Source: Octopus sinensis (lineage: Eukaryota). From it: DNA of 64,000 nt. The notes under the pieces were generated by a model. That model made no database searches. It was given only the letters and a program-made list of their open reading frames with translations, and was not told where the DNA came from. The position numbers were made by a program, and so were the translations under genes. Numbering within the stretch: position 1 is the stretch's first letter; each line of letters opens with the position of its first letter. Positions 27,241 through 39,586 of the stretch are shown piece by piece. The stretch lies in assembly GCF_006345805.1 (NCBI RefSeq), contig NC_043009.1, forward strand, positions 61,070,001 through 61,134,000. Reading direction: 5' to 3'.

Positions 27241-29340
27241 TACCAGTTGCATACTGGGTCGATCTGATCGACTGGCCCCCTCCCCAAAAACGTCAGGCCT
27301 TGTGCCTAGAGAAGAAAAGATTATTATTATCATTACCTAAAGTAGTATTGGTTTCATATTTTGGCTCAAGGCCAGCAATTTCAGAGGAGAGGTTAATTTG
27401 ATTATATCAACCCCAGTATTCAACTGGTACTTATTTTATTGACCCCAAAAGAATGAAAGGCGAAGTTGACTCTTTGAAGAATTTGAACTCGGTACATAAC
27501 AACAGATGAAATGTACCCAGCATGTTAATGATTCTGCCAGCTCGCCACCTTAAACCTAAAATAAATATTCATTATTATATATATTATTTTACTCTTTTAT
27601 TTGTTTCAGTCATTTAATCCCAGGACTTATTCTTTGTAATCCTGGTACTTATTCTACTGGTCGCTTTTGCCGAACTGCTAAGTTACAGAGGCGTAAACAT
27701 ACCAGCATCGGTTGTCAAGCGATAGTAGGGGAACAAACACAGACACACAAACGTACACCCTCCCCACATATATGTATGTGATGGGCTTCTTTCAGTTTCC
27801 ATCTACCAAATCCATTCACAAGGCTTTGGTCAGCTCAAGGCTTTTGCAGAAGACACTTGCCCAAAGTGCCATGCAGTGAGACTGAACCCGGAACCATATG
27901 ATTTGTAAGCAAGCTACTTACCACACAGCCACTCCTGCCCAAAATATGTATACAATCACCAAAAATGATTACCTAATATATATGTGTGTGTGTGTGTGTG
28001 ATCACAGGAATTCATAATATTTTAGACAAATTGCTAAATTGCTTCGAAACGATTCTTATAATCTTTGGTTGGTTCAGGAATATGGATTCTATTAGAATTA
28101 TTACATCAAGCTGAATTTCAGAATAATGTCACATATTCTATGGTGTTCTCCACAGAAATCTGTTTCTTTGTGCAAAATTCCAGTTACCCAATGGGAAAAC
28201 TGAAGCCAAACAACTCGGAATATACATACATAAAAGTTAGCTTATATATTCAGATAATCACTAATCCAGTGTCTTAAAGGAATAATAGGATAGTGAACAT
28301 AATGAATGCTATGAAATCATTGTTGTTATTTGTAATATATCTTGGCTAAAAAACTGACAGCCAGCAATTTGCAATGAATACAGACATGTTTATACTTGTG
28401 CTTCAAAAACTGAAGTTGATCATCTACATTGAATGAAACGGCTTTTGGCAATTGTTTTTTTTACCCCAGCATACATTCAGCAACGCCACAATCATAACAT
28501 TTATATGACAGGACATTACATTCAGCAACTTAATCACCAATTTAGACTCTATAGTATATACATTCACTACACCCCACTCTCCTACGTTATGTACATTCAA
28601 TATGTGTGTGTACCAGTTGCATACTGGGGTTGATCTGATCGACTGGCCCCCTCCCCAAAAACGTTGGCCCTTGTGACTAGAGAAGAAAAGATTATTATTG
28701 TTACCTAAAGTAGTATTGGTTTCATATTTTGGCTCAAGGCCAGCAATTTCAGAGGAGAGGTTAATTTGATTATATCAACCCCAGTATTCAACTGGTACTT
28801 ATTTTATTGACCCCAAAAGAATGAAAGGCGAAGTTGACTCTTTGAAGAATTTGAACTCGGTACATAACAACAGATGAAATGTACCCAGCATGTTAATGAT
28901 TCTGCCAGCTCGCCACCTTAAACCTAAAATAAATATTCGTTATTATATATATTATTTTACTCTTTTATTTGTTTCAGTCATTTAATCCCAGGACTTATTC
29001 TTTGTAATCCTGGTACTTATTCTACCGGTCTCTTTTGCTGAACCGCTAAGTTACAGAGGCATAAACACACCAGCATTGGTTGTCAAGCAATGATGGGGGA
29101 ACAAACACAGGCACACAAACACCCCTCCCCACATATATGTATGTGATGGGCTTCTTTCAGTTTCCATCTACCAAATCCATTCACAAGGCTTTGGTCAGCT
29201 CAAGGCTTTTGCAGAAGACACTTGCCCAAAGTGCCATGCAGTGAGACTGAACCCGGAACCATATGATTTGTAAGCAAGCTACTTACCACACAGCCACTCC
29301 TGCCCAAAATATGTATACAATCACCTAAAATGATTACCTA

Positions 29341-29375
<35 letters not shown>

Positions 29376-30127
29376 ATCACAGGAATTCATAATATTTTAG
29401 ACAAATTGCTAAATTGCTTCGAAACGATTCTTATAATCTTTGGTTGGTTCAGGAATATGGATTCTATTAGAATTATTACATCAAGCTGAAATTCAGAATA
29501 ATGTCACATATTCTATGATTTTTCTCCATAGAAATCTGTGTCTTTGTGCAAAATTCCAGTTACCCAATGGGAAAACTGAAGCCAAACAACTTGGAATATA
29601 CATACATAAAAGTTAGCTTATATATTCAGATAATCACTAATCCAGTGTCTTAAAGGAATAATAGGATAGTGAACATAATGAATGCTATGAAATCATTGTT
29701 GTTATTTGTAATATATCTTGGCTAAAAAACTGACAGCCAGCAATTTGCAGTGAATACAGACATGTTTATACTTGTGCTTCAAAAACTGAAGTTGATCATC
29801 TACATTGAATGAAACGGCTTTTGGCAATTGTTTTTTTTACCCCAGCATACATTCAGCAACGCCACAATCATAACATTTATATGACAGGACATTACATTCA
29901 GCAACTTAATCACCAATTTAGACTCTATAGTATATACATTCACTACACCCCACTCTCCTACGTTATGTACATTCAATATGTGTGTGTACCAGTTGCATAC
30001 TGGGGTTGATCTGATCGACTGGCCCCCTCCCCAAAAACGTTGGCCCTTGTGACTAGAGAAGAAAAGATTATTATTGTTACCTAAAGTAGTATTGGTTTCA
30101 TATTTTGGCTCAAGGCCAGCAATTTCA
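27241..30127 (+). repeat. Tandem segmental duplication, about 1.37-kb unit, about 2.1 copies
   Basis: Units start TACCAGTTGCATACTGGG at 27241, 28611 and 29987. Identical ORFs at 28433 and 29809 (period 1376). Confidence 0.95.
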
Positions 30128-32343
30128 TAGACACTAAATCATACATACAGTTCCACAATGACTAATACAGCTTCTACAGTACATGCATTCAACAACACTA
30201 TATGCATTAGTACAGGTGGCATGTAAAAAGTCACTATTTGAATGTGGCTGTTGCTAGTACTGCCTGACTGGCCCTCGTGCTGGTGGCATGTAAAAGCACC
30301 CACTACACACTCGGAGTTGTTGGCGTTAGGAAGGGCATCCAGCTGTAGAAACTCTGCCAGATCAAGATTGGAGCCTGGCGCAGCCATTTGGTTCGCTAGA
30401 CCTCAGTCAAATCGTCCAACCCATGCCAGCATGGAAAACGGACCTTAAACAATAATGATGATGATGATGTTACTACAGAATATATATTTAACCTTTTTAG
30501 TATTTAAACCAGACATATCCAGCCCAACTATTCTACCTGTTTTATGTTCAAACTAACCAGATTTGGCCTCTCACACCAACCTGACAATGTAATTCTAAAA
30601 ATAAACCAACCCACCATCGAAATCCCAAAGCTATGAAATAAAGCATGATTTCTTTCCAGACAATGTGAAATCATAACCATTGCATTTGGCAGATTAATCT
30701 AAACATTCAAGGGTTAATGATAACACAGTTATTTGCAATCAACTCCATAGATACTGCAGTGCAAATATTCAACAACACTTACCAGTCACCAGCAGTGTTG
30801 TGACAAGAAATATTTACCGAGAATCAATTGGTTTATTTGGCACAAAAGATCAACTCCAGAATTCAGTACATAGACTAGAGTGTGTCTTTTACTCTTTTAC
30901 TTGTTTCAGTCATTTGACTGTGGCCATGCTGGAGCACTGCCTTTAGTTGAACAAATCAACCCCAGGACTTATTCTTTGTAAGTCTAGTACTTATTCTATT
31001 GGTCTCTTTTGCCGAACTGCTAAGTTATGGGGACGTAAACACACCAGCATCGGTTGTCAAGCGATGTTGGGAGACAAACACACAAACACATACATATATA
31101 TTGCACATGGCTAACTGTCAGCTTTTAACTAAAGTGTATATGTTTGTGTGTCTGTGTTTGCTCCCCCACAACATTGCTTGACAACCGATGCTGGTGTGTT
31201 TACGTCCCTGTAACTTAGCGGTTCGGCAAAAGAGACTGATAGAATAAGTACTAGGCTTACAAAGAATAAGTCCTGTGGTCAATTTGCTCGACTAAAGGCG
31301 GTGCTCCAGCATGGCCACAGTCAAATAGGTCACTTATGATACACTTTATCCTCTCCTGAAATTTCTGGCCTTGAGCCAACTAAAGTGTACCATAAGTGAC
31401 CTATTTGACTGTGGCCATGCTGGAGCACCGCCTTTAGTTGAGCAAATTGACCGCAGGACTTATTCTTTGTAGGCCTAGTACTTATTCTATCAGTATCTTT
31501 TGCTGAACCGCTAAGTTACAGGGACGTAAACACACCAGCATTGGTTGTCAAGCAATGTTGTGGGGGAACAAACACAGACACACAAACATATACATACACA
31601 TACATACATACATATATATTGCACATTTATTCTACATGGCTGACTGTCAGCCTTCAACTAAAGTGTACCGCAAGTAACCTACAACAGAAGTTATTGTAAT
31701 GATGTCACTGCACTTTAAAGATTGACCGGCATTTACCAGATCCCTGATGAGTCATAAGGAAATTTAAGTCAACCGTAATTACATCTTCCCAATAGCTGAA
31801 TCAACACTGAACTGCTCTTGCTCACGTGCTTGTTTCGCCTTGAACATGTCAGGATGGTGAATTGACCGTGGCAGTTAATTCACCATCACCATTGTCATCA
31901 TTTAACATCCATTTTCCATGCTGGCATGGGTTGGATGGTAGGACAGGTACCATGTCTTACCATGCCGGCATGCGTTCAGGTAAGACATGTTATAGCAAAA
32001 GGTGTTAACTATGGAAGGTTTAAACAGTTGAATAGTATATAGGTGTCTTTTTTACCGTTTTCTTTTTTTGTTATGGTTTGTTGGATTTATGGCAGAAGCT
32101 AAACAAACTAACTTTATAGTGGTTGTTTAGTATTGCTAGCCATCAATAATCAATGAGAGATTGTAATCTTTTCGGAGTTGTAGAATATTAATTTCTATTT
32201 TGTAACCATGGTAACAAATGGTTGTTTGTCAGAGGAAACATTTGTCATTGTTTAAAGGAAAAGCGAATCTCTTAAGAAACTGAAATACATCGAATCAAGT
32301 TACCAATATGTTCCTCAATATTTTTGCCAATAACATTAAGATT

Positions 32344-32653
32344 TTGTTTTTGGATTTGGTTTGCAAGATTCTTTATATGAGTTCGTGTGTTGAAGCATAT
32401 TCTGTTGTGTCTGGGGAGAGTCATTTTCTTTTTGTGCCTTATAACACACTCACTGGTAAAATTTCCACATTTTCTATTTTATTTTACTAAAATTTTCGTT
32501 ACGTCTTGCAACCTTTTCATGACTATTGAAAAGGTTGCAAGACGCAACGAAAATTTTAGGAAAATAAAAGATAAGAAATAAGTGGAAATTTTACCAGCGA
32601 GTGTGTTACATTATAAGGCACAAAAAGAAATTGACTCTCCCCAGACACAACAG
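32344..32653. mobile_element. PLE-like inverted-repeat mini-element (second family)
   Basis: About 55-nt tail, then about 120-bp inverted arms centred near 32522. 12-bp TSD AACATTAAGATT at 32332 and 32654. Hammerhead-like TTGAAAAG-GTTGC-AAGAC-GCAAC-GAAA near the centre. Confidence 0.7.
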
Positions 32654-33697
32654 AACATTAAGATTGTTGAGATAGCCATGGACTCCTTTACTTTCATTTG
32701 TCTATAATTATACTAGCCATAATTTTTTTCGCAAAGTCTGCTGATGATTTACAGCATCAATCACATCAAAAGGTAACTTCGTAAACTGGAAACCATTAGA
32801 TTTAAAGACAGTCTGCCTCTCACTGTCATCAGTTGGATGGAATCTCACAAAATGGTACTTTGAGAACCAGTTTGTTGTAGAATTTATTTTATGGAATAGA
32901 ATAGTATCTTCAGTGTTTTTTCTTTTTTCCACTTCAAGCCAAATGGCACATAAGGCTTCCCACTCTTTCTCTCCATGCTGCCCTGTTAGTGATTCTGGTT
33001 TGCACCTGGTTCTATATTTCCCATCCACTGTCCTGCCTCACTTTGGTCTTCTGCACTTCTCCCTTCCTTTAGGGACTTCATGTAACCAGCCCCTGAGCAT
33101 CCTCTCAGCTTTTATTCAAGTGTGTCATGCTTCATTCTCTTTTCAGGTTAGGAACCACTGTCTCTCCCAAAGTGTTGTGTATTCTTCTGAGTATTTGGAA
33201 TTCCTGTAATTAGAATTTTTTTTTCAGGAACAGGTGATTAGCTCAGCACCCAACCTTCAAGATTTGAAGCAGCATCGGTTTTTTGTCAGGGTTTCCTTCC
33301 TTTAGATGATTGCAATGCTGCCCATATTCTCAATCTCCATCTACCTGGGATTTGAAATTAGAGTTTCTTTCTTTTAGGGAAGTTTATGGCTCCTCAGCCT
33401 GACCAGCCTAATCTATGACTCCTCTCAGATGGGGATGCTGAGAACTAGTCTTGATATTCTGCTGGTCCTTTGCACCCATACTGCATTAGTCATAGTCAGG
33501 GTCATGTCTGCCCTGCTGTGTGTTCTGATGGAATACTTGCATTGATGTGGCATGAGATGGAATTTTGCACTCCACCTAGAAACACACTTAGCACCCTAAA
33601 CCAGAAGTTCTTAGCAGGGCAATTTTCAGATTTAGTGGGATATTATTTGTGAACAGTTGAATTCACTAATTCTTACTACTAAAACTTGAAGACTTAA

Positions 33698-35462
33698 CCC
33701 TTTCAAAACGGTTGATATAAATTTATGCACGCAATATACATGCTTTAAATCGGTTGACATAATTATACGCCGCATGACTTAGAACCTGTTGCTTGAATTA
33801 GTATCTGTCCACCTGCCAACTGATAGGCCAATTAGATGTTTCATGTAAATATTTACAGCCTGGATGTAGGCTTTATTCCTATATAAGCTGTAGTAAGGTG
33901 GCGAGCTGGCAGAGTCGTTAGCACGCCGGGTGAAATGTGTAGCCGTATTTTGTCTGCTGTTACGTTCTGAGTTCAAATTCCACCGAGGTCGACTTTGCCT
34001 TTCATCCTTTTGGGGTCAATTAAATAGGTACCAGTTACGCACTGGGGTCAATATAATCGACTTAATCCCTTTGTCTGTCCTTGTTTGTCCTCTCTGTTTT
34101 TAGCCCCTTGTGGGTAGTAAAGAAATAGATTATACCACATTAGCAATGTGGCTTTCAATCAACTCAAAATCAATCTACGTTCACCTTCTTGTACTGTGAG
34201 TCTTCACAGGGATTCTGCTGTAGCTGAATCTTCTGGTCCTGCATGTAATATATGGTTGTATCCCACCACATCGGCTTCATCATTACAACCCACTACACCG
34301 GCTTCATCATGTTCATCATTAACTCCATTGCATTCATCATCCTGTTGTGCCGCTCCTGCTTCCTCATGTTCTACTATTCCAGTTCCATCAGTATTGGTCA
34401 TTGCATCCTGCCACTCTGTCTCTGTCAACTTTGTCATTGAATTTATGGTCATCGCGCCAAACTACACCAAGCTCTACCACCTCAACAGTTGTTTCTTCCT
34501 GTTCGGACAATGACCTGGAGAGTGAGTGTTTTCCTAGTACAGAATCAGATGATTCCTACAGTGATATTGATATTTCGGTAACTGTAAGGAACAGGTGGGC
34601 AGCAGTGAATATTTCTGGACAACAGAATGTAATGTGGTGAGCAAGAGACAATTTCGTCCGATGGCATGGGTTTACTGGTATGCTTGGCATAAAGGCAAAC
34701 CTTAAACGTGAAATGTTGCCACTGGAAATCTTCCATGAGTTTTTGATAGATGCAATGTTCCAATATATAGTGGACAAAATGAATGACTATGCTGAAAACC
34801 ATCCCCAGGATGTCAGACCCGGGCATGGTGGCGATTGGCTTCCAACCACAGGGGACGAAATCTGAGTTCTGCTTGCGCTGCTGATATTGATGGGCATTCT
34901 GAAGAAACCGACCCTGCCATCAAATTAGAATTGGTATCCAACCACAGCGACACCTTTCTTCCCAGAAATGATTCCATGTGATCAATTTTTGGCGCTTCTT
35001 CGAAATCTATATTTCAACTCAGGCAAGTACCAGGATGACCGGCTGCACAAAATACATCTTATTGTTAAGGAAGTGGCTGAAAATCTCAGAACGGTGTATG
35101 TCCCCAATGGAAATTCAAGAGAAAGCTCCAATTCAAACACTACAACCCAACTAAACATGCCCATTTTGAAGTCAAGGTTTATAAAGCATACGAGTTAACT
35201 GGCAGAGCCTGTGGGTATACGTGGAATTACAAAATCTACACTTGTCAGGACAGATTGGCTCTTCCAGTGTCTACTCTAGTGTCAACTGATGTTGTGTTGT
35301 CGCTGAATGAAAACTTGTTTGACAAAGGCTACAATATTTATATGGACAACTGGTTTTCCAGTCTAGACCTCTTCCTGCAGCTGCAGGCAAGGAGGAATAA
35401 TGCCTGTAGCACTGTGAAGACGCACAGGAAAAACATACTGCCTGATCTGCACTTTGAAAGGG
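33698..35462 (+). mobile_element. piggyBac transposon relic (PGBD4-like transposase pseudogene)
   Basis: TTAA|CCC left end at 33694-33700. Relic peptides WLPTTGDEI, LMGILKKP, FPEMIPCDQFLALLRNLYF, DDRLHKI, GYTWNYKIY, KGYNIYMDNWFSS...NACSTVKTHRK. Stops and frameshifts; SINE inserted at about 33895-34128. Confidence 0.88.
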
Positions 35463-35472
35463 GAAAACAACA

Positions 35473-36155
35473 TAGCGGTTGAGGGCACCTGTGGAAGAGG
35501 TAGACCCAGGAAAACCTGGGACGAGGTGGTGAAGCATGACCTTCAAACTTTAGGTCTCACCGAGGAAATGACTAAAGACCGAGACCTATGGAAGCATGCT
35601 GCACGGGGACCAGACGAAGCTGGCAACGGCCACGGTTGGATGGTGCTTTTTACATGCCACCAGCACAGAGGCCAGTCGGGCAGCGCTGGCAACGGCCATG
35701 TTCGGATGGTTCTCTTATGTGCCACCGGCACTGGTATCACAGCTACAAATTCCATTGATGTTGATAGATTACGATTTTGATTTTCACTTGCCTCAACAGG
35801 TCTTCACAAGTGGAGTTTTGTTTCCCAAGAAGGAAGGAATGCATAAGTGGGCTGGCTACATCCCAGGTGTAGGCCACGGGATTATGGCCTCACTTGTCCT
35901 GCGGGTCTTCTCACGCACAGCATGCTTCCATAGGTCTCGGTCTCTAGTCATTTCCTCGGTGAGACCTAAAGTTTGAAGGTCGTGCTTCACCACCTCGTCC
36001 CAGGTTTTCCTGGGTCTACCTCTTCCACAGGTGCCCTCAACCGCTAGGGTGTGGCACTTTTTCACACAACTATCTTCATCCATTCTCACCACATGACCAC
36101 ACCAGCGCAAACGTCTCTCTTGCACACCACAACTGATGTTTCTTAGGTCCAATTT
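35473..36155 (-). mobile_element. RTE-clade LINE 3' fragment with an inverted partial duplicate
   Basis: RRLRWCGHVVRMDED...GRGRPRKTW is the typical RTE ORF C-terminus. 35473-35601 is an inverted copy of 35918-36046. Confidence 0.85.
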
Positions 36156-36508
36156 CAAGACATTAGTGTGATTCTGGGAGTGAGAGATTCTTGTACCAAT
36201 TCTTACGTATGTAACAGACTACACTGCCTGACTTGAGTAAACCAAGAAAACATTGTATATGGTGTGTGTGTGTGTAATCAACCGAAAAGTGGCACTTTCC
36301 TGACAATCATGGTGCCTGTTAGTGTATGTTTTCATTCCTGTGCATTAACTACAGCATTAGAGTGGTCTAGCTCTTATTTCTAGCAACGTAGGTGTTTCTT
36401 AACACCCTTGTCACATTTAGTGACAATCATAATTCTCGTTTTTGGTGAAACATTGCAAATTGCTGTTTATGTTATATATATATACATACATACATACATA
36501 TATATATG

Positions 36509-36548
<40 letters not shown>

Positions 36549-36816
36549 AAATAAGAAAATGGAGGTGGTAAAACATTTTACCTTCGCCCATATAATACAG
36601 CACCATCCGTCCGTGGCCATCTGGCACCTGTGCCGGTGGCACATAAAAAGCACCCACTACACTCATGGAGTGGTCGGCGTTAGGAAGGGCATCCAGCTGT
36701 AGAAACATTGCCAGATAAGACCGGGGCCTGGGGCAGCCTTCTGGCTTCCCAGACCCCAGTTGAACCGTCCAATCCATGCTAGCATGGAAAGCGGACGCTA
36801 AATGATGATGATGATG

Positions 36817-36848
<32 letters not shown>

Positions 36849-39119
36849 TTGTATGTCAGGTCACTCTTAGTGCTACTGGTGACATGTAACCCAGTAAAAC
36901 TTGTTGCATAGTCAGGTAGTTGGTGACTAAATCGGCAAACCTACCTGACCTGCTTGGTAAGGAGGGTGGTTTTTGTCGGAGACCCTGCAGGACGAAAAAC
37001 AAAACCTGAGTGTGACTGAACTGAGTAGAGTCAATGGCCATCCAACAGCTGGGTGTGAGAAACCCCTAAACCTTTGGTTAGGCATCTCTGTAGGAGAAGG
37101 TAATTCTGGAATAACACCTTCCTTATGGTAAAGTCTTGAGATCATGTTCTTGCTTGTTTCTGGACTACTTGGCTTTGCAGGTGAGAGTTTTAGCAGTGTT
37201 ATGGCTAACAGCAATTGTCTTTAATATCTGAGTTTTAATGATTTGTCAGTGATGGTTATACTTGTTTATGAACTGACAGTTAACATACATATCATCATCA
37301 TCATTATCATCGTTTAACGTCCGCTTTCCATGCTAGCATGGGTTGGATGGTTCAACTGGGGTCTGGGAAGCCAGAAGGCTGCACCAGGCCCAGTCTGATC
37401 TGGCAATGTTTCTACAGCTGGATGCCCTTCCTAACGCCAACCACTATATATTATTTTTCTTGTTTACTTGTTTCAGTCATTTGACTGCAGCCATGTTGGA
37501 GTACTGCCTTTAGATGAGCAAATCGACCCCAGGATTTATTTTTTGTAAGCCTAGTACTTATTCTATCAGTCTCTTTTGCCGAGCCGCTAAGTTACAGGAA
37601 TGTAAACACACCAGCATTGGTTGTCAAGCGATGTTGGGGTGACAAACACAGACACACAAACACACACACACATATATATATATACATATACATATATCCA
37701 ATGGGCTTCTTTCAGTTTCCATCTACCAAATCCACTCACTAGGCTTTGGTTGGCCCGAGGCTATCGTAGAAGACACTTGCCCAAGGTGCCGCACAGTGGG
37801 ACTGAACCCAGAACCATGTGGTTGGTATGCAAGCTACTTACCACACAACCACTCCTGCACCTATCTGTGTATGTATCTTTTAGTTTGTTTCTTTAATGTG
37901 TCCTTATATCAAGGTTTGTAGAAAGGCTGGTTTTACAGATGCCTTTGACCACCAGTGTCATGGAAAATATCCAAAAATTTTCTCCATTGTAGCAAGTTTT
38001 AATGTTTTGCTGGACAAACAGGACGGTTATGTTAGAGGCTGCCACAAAAATAGCATCTATGTCTTCAGGTTGATTTGTTCATGATGACAGCAGTATACTC
38101 ATGGCTAAAGGAATTGGAATCAGATTTTTGCCGCAGTTTCTGATAGGGAAGATTGTCAGACATTTGCAATCTATGAGCAGCTTCCAAAAAACAATCTTGG
38201 TTGATTGTTGGTTCCAAATTCAATTAAAAGTTCTTAAGGAGATTTTGTCTATATGATCAGATGAGGCCCCAGAAATAAATGTAGGTCTGTTGTGCTCCTC
38301 TTCATATACATCAGTGGCTACGGCCTGAAATTTTGCAGTGTCTGCTGAGGCTGCATAGAATTGTGGCAAGATTCAATGTCTCCTTCATCTGGTTGCCATT
38401 TACATGAATGTAAATATATATATATATAGTTTTTTTTTTGTTATTTCTTTCAGTCATTTGACTGCAGCCATGCTGGAGCACCACCTTTAGTCAAACAAAT
38501 CAACCCCAGGACTCATTCTATGTAAGCCTAGTACTTATTCTATGGGTCTATTTTACCAAACCGCTAAGTTACAGGGACGTAAACACACCAGCATCGGTTG
38601 TCAAGTGATGGTGGGGGGACAAACATGTATACACACACACACATATGTATATATATATATATATATATGAGTGGATTTGGTAGACGGAAACTGAAAGAAG
38701 CCCGTCGTATATATATATATGCGTGTGTGTGTCTGTGTTTGTCCCCCTAGCATTCCATGACAACTGATGCTGGTATGTTTATGTCCCCGTTACCTAGCGG
38801 TTCGGCAAAAGAGACCGATAGAATAAGTACTGGGTTTACAAAAGAATAAGTCCCGGGGTCGATTTGCTCGACTAAAGGCGGTGCTCCAGCATGGCTGCAG
38901 TCAAATGACTGAAACAAGTAAAAGAGTATATATACACAGTCACCATGTTAAATCGGTAGCCACTACACACATTTTTTTTCTCTCCTTGTTTTTTTCTGTG
39001 TCCCTTTCTGTAGAAGAGCGTAGGCTCAAAACGTAAAAGACTTTTTCTATTCCTGAGCGTTATACTAATACATCTGTTTGTTTTCTACACCACCTGTCTT
39101 CGTCTTTTGTTTTCTCATG

Positions 39120-39586
39120 GTCAAAATCCCTAGTGTGTACTATATACGAGGTTAAAAATGAAAATATTTTTCTAAGCAATGTCTGAGTCTCTATTTGCTG
39201 TCTGACTATGTTTATTCAGATGCATTTTGTGATGTCGGGCGCAAAAATACCTCAAGCTAAGCCTGAAAGCAATGAAATCATAAAAGAATTATCCAAAACA
39301 TGCAGTAAGCAACATTTATTAAATGTTATTACAGTTATTTCTTTATTTTCTGCAAACGAAATGCACAAAAAAGCTACACGTTTGCATTATGTTATATATA
39401 CAATAATAATAAAGGACATTACCGTATATAGTTTTACAAACCAAGGACGTTATATAGACTTCCTTGACTCAAGTTAGAGAAGGGGTGCGTATTATACACA
39501 AGGTTTAGGTTTTTCAGAGGTACAGCCCCCTAAAAATCCCCTGCGTATTATACTCAAGGGCAGACTATACTCGAGGATTTACGGTA
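39120..39586. mobile_element. Tc1/mariner/pogo-type non-autonomous element, one end
   Basis: Terminal TATACTCGAGGATTTACGG|TA with repeated TGCGTATTATAC subterminal motifs. Confidence 0.55.

Noticed and set aside
28433-30009. Two identical 66-aa ORFs resembling a secreted-peptide gene pair
   Set aside because: Consequence of the tandem duplication. The ORF crosses the duplication junction into SINE sequence and has no coding or splice support.
31740-31775. CTGATGA...GAAA hammerhead-like match
   Set aside because: No stem II closure (GTC has no GAC partner) and no stem I.
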